A stretch of DNA of 64,000 bases from Eledone cirrhosa. Lineage: Eukaryota. Made by a program: the position numbers and the translations under genes. This document shows positions 55,900 through 64,000 of the stretch, in pieces. The DNA lies in NCBI GenBank assembly GCA_964016885.1, contig OZ024745.1, forward strand, positions 38,874,001-38,938,000, given 5' to 3'. A model generated the notes under the pieces. That model was not told the DNA's origin. It was given only the letters and a program-made list of their open reading frames with translations, and ran no database searches. Each line of letters opens with the position of its first letter. Position 1 is the first letter of the stretch.

Positions 55900-57110
55900 G
55901 AGTAAGATTTTTAATATATTCCATACGGATAAACATATGAAACAAGAAGTTTAAAATGCGATTGTTCTTTTGAGAAGGATTATTTACAATGCCTTATAAC
56001 TTTATGGGTTTCACAAATTTCATGACTCCTAGAACTAATAGAAATTATACACGAAATACTGTAGATCATTATTAATAAACTCTGGTACAGAATGTGCCAA
56101 ATCAATAGATATTCAATAATTACGAAAAAAACAACTTCAGATACATCCAGTATTATAACCTATAAATCAGTAGAAAATCGGAGACATACATAGACATATA
56201 TCAATATCCACAATAATGTCACACTATTGAAACAAGTTAGAAGAATGAAAGTAACACTAGAAACACATAAAATAAGCAAAAGCAAGCGACAAATCCTCCC
56301 TTAACACACGACTCGTTGGCGCCAAATTACTCAACACAAACACAACACCAACCAACTTATAACATATATAGATTTCATTTGTAGTTGCCATGTCTAAATT
56401 TACTAAATCATGACGGTCCAGTTTCTTCCGCGAAAGTACCAGAAAATTCGATCTCTAATCCCGTGTTCACACTCAACGTATCATATTATACTTTAAAAAG
56501 ATAGCAAACTAAGCCACCATTTTGCATATCACTGAACGAAACATGTCAATCCCGAATTCTGGCGTGAAATTAACACAAAATTCGAAACCTAATTACGTCT
56601 ACTTAATAAAATTATGAAATTATACATGAAACATTTAGCAATCTGAGCCACATATTTTACATTGAAAGAACTTGGCAATACCAGTTAGATGCGATTAACA
56701 CGAGAGCACAGCTACATCTCATTTTATATCTCTTACCTTTTGAAAATCATGAAACTTGTGAAACCAGGGAAGCAATAAATAAAGATCCAAATGTTCAACT
56801 AGTTTTGCCTCTATATAAATAAAACCTCAAGAAAAGCCACACAAACGAATATATATACAAGTCTTATTTATCACACCTGGGCTGGACAAAGCTCCCGCTT
56901 CATGTGGACGATTCCCTTTTAATTCGCTTCCATTTGATACCTGTGAGTCTTTGAGATGTAATTTTATTTGCAATTTACCTGACATTCTCTCAATTTATAT
57001 TGATTTGTTGTTCATATTTTGAGCCTGAAAATGTGACGGTATGGAGGAATTCCGGAGATGAAAGATATATCAGTACTTAACACTTGTTGCCAAATATACT
57101 CTATATATCC
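55900..57110 (+). mobile_element. Very decayed Penelope-like 3' remnant
   Basis: GIY-YIG-like traces near 56640-56800 (FYI..T....MRL..EH; REAI) followed by a degenerate ctgaaaa...gaaagatatatc. Confidence 0.3.
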
Positions 57111-57151
57111 AAACATCTGTAAACAGTATTTACTATAGTTATTAGCACATA

Positions 57152-57274
<123 letters not shown>

Positions 57275-57309
57275 TATATTATATTATATTATATTATATT
57301 ATATAGATA

Positions 57310-57364
<55 letters not shown>

Positions 57365-59636
57365 GGGGTAACAGATTGTAGGTAATCCACTCAAGTGTAG
57401 TCCAGTTATGGTACTCCGAGTAGTGGATGATATCAACGCTTGGCTAAGTTTGACTCAACAAGGCGTTTCCATAGTGATGTTGCGAGTACGCTGTAATTCC
57501 TATGTTGTAAACACTTGGAGTAATGATAAATCAGGAAAGAAGAGTGACACGGTTTGCTATACAAAAAAGGTTTTTAATCTCATTGCTGACAATTGTTTCT
57601 CTGAACTGGTAGGTGTAGAGATCGCTACACGTTTGTTTTCACGTTATTCGATCAGCAATACAAAGTTATAACCAGTCAATTCATCGGAGCTTGTGAGAAA
57701 GAAAGGAATATACAGGCATGCCTACTATATATAGTAGTAATGGCATTCAATCAGAACAATAACAACAATACTAACAATTCTAGCAATAAATTATTTGAAA
57801 TAATCACAACATCAATCTAGGTGGGAAGTATAGTATATCTACGATTTTAGCGTGTAAAACTAGCTGACATGAGGCAGCTGTATAAAATTGACATGTAAAA
57901 GCTGTCATGGGGTGTGCTATATATATAGTGTAAAGATAAGCCGGTGGCTTTAAACGATATAGGTCTGGTGGCCGTAAGAATCATTTATTATCTGACAGAT
58001 GAAGAATTTATCACTGTATTGAGGATAGTAATATTTGTGTGGTCTATATTATATGAAAGGGTTGTCTAGCTTTCTCATCATCAATAACATACGTGTATAA
58101 GTCAAAATTAACAGAGTATCAATATAATAGGCAAGTTAATACAGAGGTTAAGGAGGCAATATATATATATACACACACACATATATATATATATATAATT
58201 TATTTTGAAAAATTGGTTGAATTTTACTTGTTCTGCTTATCTTAATATTATAGTTCTGGTATGTCAAATTAATATCATTGAACAACCCTGAATCATAGAC
58301 AGCCTATGTATTTCCAGGGGTACTTAGTACCCATGGGCATATTAACTTCTTTTAATATACTCCGTTATGTAGAGAACAAATCTGTTGTTCTATTTAGCTG
58401 CTATTTTTAGTAGTAAGATAGACAGAAAGTCTATGTTTTTTCCCGCTCTTATTTCGGACTGGTTCACGTACGGGTCACTTTTCGACCTCATTTAGATCTG
58501 TGCTAGCTGGCGGATGGCGATATATTTTATCGTTCCTGGGACTTTAGTCCTAGGAAAGGAAAATGCTTCTCTGATGAACATTGATTTTCCATTGGAAATC
58601 CAATGGATTTCTAATGTTTTACAAAGCGAAACTGATCAGTAAGGGCAAACTTGATAGATAAATATTTAAATAATATTTTTTAATTTATTTTGAAAAATTG
58701 GTTGAATTTTACTTGTTCTGCTTATCTTAATATATATATATATAAAGAGAAAACATGCTGACTACAATTATAACACGGGGAAGGTAAAATACTGCCGTGG
58801 TAGTATTTTGAAATGTTCTTGGATTTAGGTTCATTTGTTGAGTGTCAAGTGTGAGTAAGTTGTGTTGACAGCAGCTGAGAAGAGATATTTATATGGGTTG
58901 ATAAGGTAATTACAGACATTAGTGTGCTATAGAACTAAGAAGTCTAGAATGTACTTAATGATTATATTTGTGTGGTGGTCGTGCAGTAAGTTCCCAGAGT
59001 TTTTTGGCGAGGGTTGTAGAACCCATAAGTTAAGGACCCAGAACTTAAGGACAATAACACGAACTACAGTATCACCTGGTCGAAGTCGTCGGCCGCGAAG
59101 ACCTACAGTACCGGCATGTCCCACTGTAGGCTTTGTGATCTAGAATTACTAAATATCCTTAGAAATGTAAAAAGGCTACTCAACAATAAGTTAGAAAGAT
59201 CAATCTTCTGCAGACGCAGGATCGCCACTAAATTCAAAAGCTAGACAACCCTTTCATCTAATATAGACCACACAAATATTGATATCTTCACTATAGTGAT
59301 ACATTCTTCATCTGTCAGATAATACATGATTCTTACGGCCACCTGACCTACACTGTTTAAAGCCACCGGCTTATATTTACACTACATATAATACACCCCA
59401 TGACAGCTTTTACACGTCAATTTTATACATCTGCCTCATGTCAGCTAGTTTTACACGCTAAAATCGTAGATATACTATACTTCCCACCTAGATTGATGTT
59501 GTGATTATTTCAAATAATTTATTGCTAGCATTGTTAGTATTGTTGTTATTGTTCTGATTGAATGTCAGAGAAACAATTGTCAGCAATGAGATTAAAAAAC
59601 ATTTTGTATAGCAAACCGTATCACTCTTCTTTCCTG

Positions 59637-59640
<4 letters not shown>
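57365..59640. mobile_element. Large inverted-repeat element (arms 57528-57604 + 57744-58072 versus 59240-59640), probably PLE-derived, in (TA)n
   Basis: Direct reverse-complement match; GAAA-caattg-TC-agcaat hammerhead 3' half in both arms; internal 52-nt direct repeat at 58196/58681. Confidence 0.72.
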
Positions 59641-59710
<70 letters not shown>

Positions 59711-60159
59711 GTTGTTGGCATGGGCCTGCGAACCTCAGGGACAATATTCATAGCGCAGGTATCCCCATTCAATAAACAAATCAAGTAGTCAGCAGTAACC
59801 GCTACAATACATTAAATGGGAGCAAGTGATTACCTCTGGCCTGTACGTATTTCTCCACTTTGGGAGTGTTATATCTTAGAGGGTTTATTATAAAATGTTC
59901 ACGAATGAGTTGTCAAATGGCTGAAAAAGAAAGTGCGTAATTTTTTGTAAGATGCTTATAACCTTATGTATCCATCACATTTGAATAATAAAATAATATA
60001 TATATACACATAAACACCCACGCATTTTCACCCACACATATACATACACATATATGAATACATACCAATATATATATATATATAAATATACATATATATA
60101 CACATATGCATATACATACACACACACACACACATATATAAATACATATATATATATAC

Positions 60160-60236
<77 letters not shown>

Positions 60237-60666
60237 GAAACATTTCAAAGAATTTCACTTTTAAGCCAAAAGTATCAAATCTGACACAACATGTAACCAT
60301 ATAATACTTCACAATAATCTCCTAATCTTTAATATTTTCCTTTCCACATGATCAAAAGCAAATTAAAATATAAACATATAAAACATGTTAATGGCAATAT
60401 TTGAAATATATACTTTCAATATTGAGATCATTCTGAGCGAATATTTAAAGCTCAATAAATCGAAATTATGAATGATTTTAATATTAGTTGTAGTAGTATC
60501 AGCAGTAGCATCACTTATATTAGTGCTATTAACTTTACTAATAAAACACACGCGTCATAGTGTTAATATATATATATATTTATCTATTTATATGTATGTG
60601 TTTATGTAAAATGAATGTGTATATGTATATATATATGTATATATAAGTATATATATATATATAAGT

Positions 60667-60768
<102 letters not shown>

Positions 60769-61487
60769 ATATGCATGTACACTTGCATATCTATGCATTT
60801 GTATATCGACTCAATTACCAGTCTCTCTCATTCAAATGTCTAATATATATTATATATTTATGTATATCACTCTCTATCAATCTCGCCTTTCTTCTCTCTC
60901 CTTCTCTTCATATATCTAATTGATATTTATGTATCTATATATTCCAATATTAATAAATATCGGATTCCATTGAGTCAAATGAATGACACAACTACATTTA
61001 AATATTTTATCTCACGTGTTATTTTCCTGTTTCTACGTTAAAAGAAATTCCATTTTATAGAAACATATTAAGGGTGAAGGAAATTGCATACTAAAGTTTT
61101 CTTCCATTGCCAATCTCTTCATTCATGTCAGTTCCTATTACTGTGATGCATTTTGTTTCAACTGCAAGCAATGATCGTCTGATATTATTGAAATGCCGAG
61201 AAGTGATCTGACCCAGCAGTTTTCTGAAGAAGTTCAATATTTCAGAACACTTTTGAAAAGATTTTCCCTTTTTACATTGCATTCGAATTATAGTGCTGCT
61301 ACCTTTAAAGTCACGATACCGAAGATTCTGCTCATTCAATTACGTTATATATTTCCATCAATAAATACACGTAACAATGACAGAATATATGGAAAATCGC
61401 ACTCGATATCTCTCCCTTTCTCCCCCTACGATCTCTTTCTCTTTTCCATTTATCTCTCTAAGTTACTCTAGGCCCCTCTTCCCTTTG

Positions 61488-61579
<92 letters not shown>

Positions 61580-62230
61580 GTCCGTCTCAAGGCAGGCTCA
61601 TATACCATCAACACCAAAAACACAGAGCTGGCATATCTAAGAACTGACTAACTGCCTGATGAGTTCATGCAATTGACTTATATTTCTTCACTATATACAT
61701 ATATATTTATACTTATATATATATACTATTATATATAAACATATATACATATATACATACATATATATACAAATTTATATATATGTATATATATATATAT
61801 ATATGTTGGTCTAGTTCACTAGCTTCTATGGAGCGCTTGACACACATCTCGGAAGTTGTTTTTCGCTAATTTCCAATAGCCGAATTACGATGTTCGCTAA
61901 TTTATATTTGTATTAATCTCTAGAGTCTAGCAATAACACATATACTGAATGAATCCGTCAAAACTAAGGATTGCCCCCTTGTCAAGCCCCACGTGGGTTT
62001 TGATAACGGTCAGTCCTTGGCTTGGCACTGAACTAAAAGCATGTTGAGAAAGTGACTTCCTTGTTCTATTATCATACCAAAAGCTTAACATGATTTGTCT
62101 AAGCACACAGTACTTGATTTAGGAGTTGCAGAAACCGAATGCCTGATATTACCAACCTTCCAGGGGTCCGGGTATAATTTTCAATCATATTTTATTTGTT
62201 TGACCTGAATTACTTGTTCGTTACTATGGC

Positions 62231-62551
62231 TGTAGTTTAACCATCGTCTCAGTCTGTTTGGCCTTTTGACTTATGTTGTTGCTGTAGTTCACTAGCTTCT
62301 TTGCAGTGCTTGCCACACATCTCGGAAGTTGTCTTTCGCTAATTTCCAATAGCCGAAATAAGATTCTCGCTAATTTATATTTATATATAAATATATATAA
62401 ATTTAAATTTATATTTATACATAAATATAAATTAGCGAGAATCGTATTTCGGCTATTGGAGATGTGTGGCAAGCACTGCAAAGAAGCTAGTGAACTAGAG
62501 TAACAACATAAGTCAAAAGGCCAAACACACTGAGGCGATGGTTAAACTACA
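62231..62551. repeat. Fold-back element with about 150-bp arms; partial third copy at 61805-61912
   Basis: 62231-62380 is the reverse complement of 62412-62551, with a 22-nt indel. Confidence 0.8.
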
Positions 62552-62573
62552 TATATATACATACATATATATG

Positions 62574-63688
<1,115 letters not shown>

Positions 63689-63828
63689 TTTTGAGTTTAT
63701 GTTGGTTGTATACATCAGTATGCAGTCTGGAGCACTCGACGAAGTGCGCAGGTTGGTTTGGTTACTCCGGTGTAGTGTAAAATAAAGTTAATTAAAAGTC
63801 AAATGATTAAAATTTAGCTTCGTTTATT

Positions 63829-63883
63829 ACTGCTATATATATTTCAGTGACAGCCATCTTTGGCTGTGACCTCTTCAGGCAGT
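63829..63883 (-). ncRNA. Type I hammerhead motif in another fold-back element (axis about 63949; runs off the window end)
   Basis: Minus strand: actgc-CTGAAGA-ggtcacagcca(aaga)tggctgtcact-GAAA-tatata-TA-gcagt; 63899-63947 is the reverse complement of 63952-64000. Confidence 0.8.
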
Positions 63884-64000
63884 TTGAATTAGTATGGTAT
63901 AGACAAGTACATATGTTGTTGAGGTGTATAATATTTTCAATACTCTGAGATCAGAGTATTGACAATATTATACACCTCAACAATATATGTACTTGTCTAT

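Noticed and set aside
61650-61690. actgc-CTGATGA-gttc hammerhead start
   Set aside because: No downstream GAAA or stem I partner

Overview
AT-rich, microsatellite-saturated eukaryotic DNA with no host gene I can support. The SINE family and repeat style suggest an octopus or other coleoid cephalopod (inference). 1-16.2 kb is a same-strand cluster of four decayed R4/Dong-like RLE non-LTR retrotransposons (two families, order A-B-B-A) at (TAA)n tracts; family B has a candidate HDV-like 5' ribozyme. The rest holds a near-complete Neptune-like Penelope element (RT + GIY-YIG) with an inverted 5' pseudo-LTR, plus Tx1/L1, CRE, RTE and SINE fragments. The most striking signal is absent from the ORF track: about ten distinct families of short non-coding elements sit in (TA)n tracts, most carry type I hammerhead ribozyme motifs, and they are built as fold-back inverted repeats and/or partial tandem repeats. 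Three show junctions that imply circular or concatemeric templates of about 445, 478 and 560 nt (retrozyme-like). The inversion or truncation points repeatedly fall inside hammerhead stem II. All folds and alignments were done by eye and need computational confirmation.
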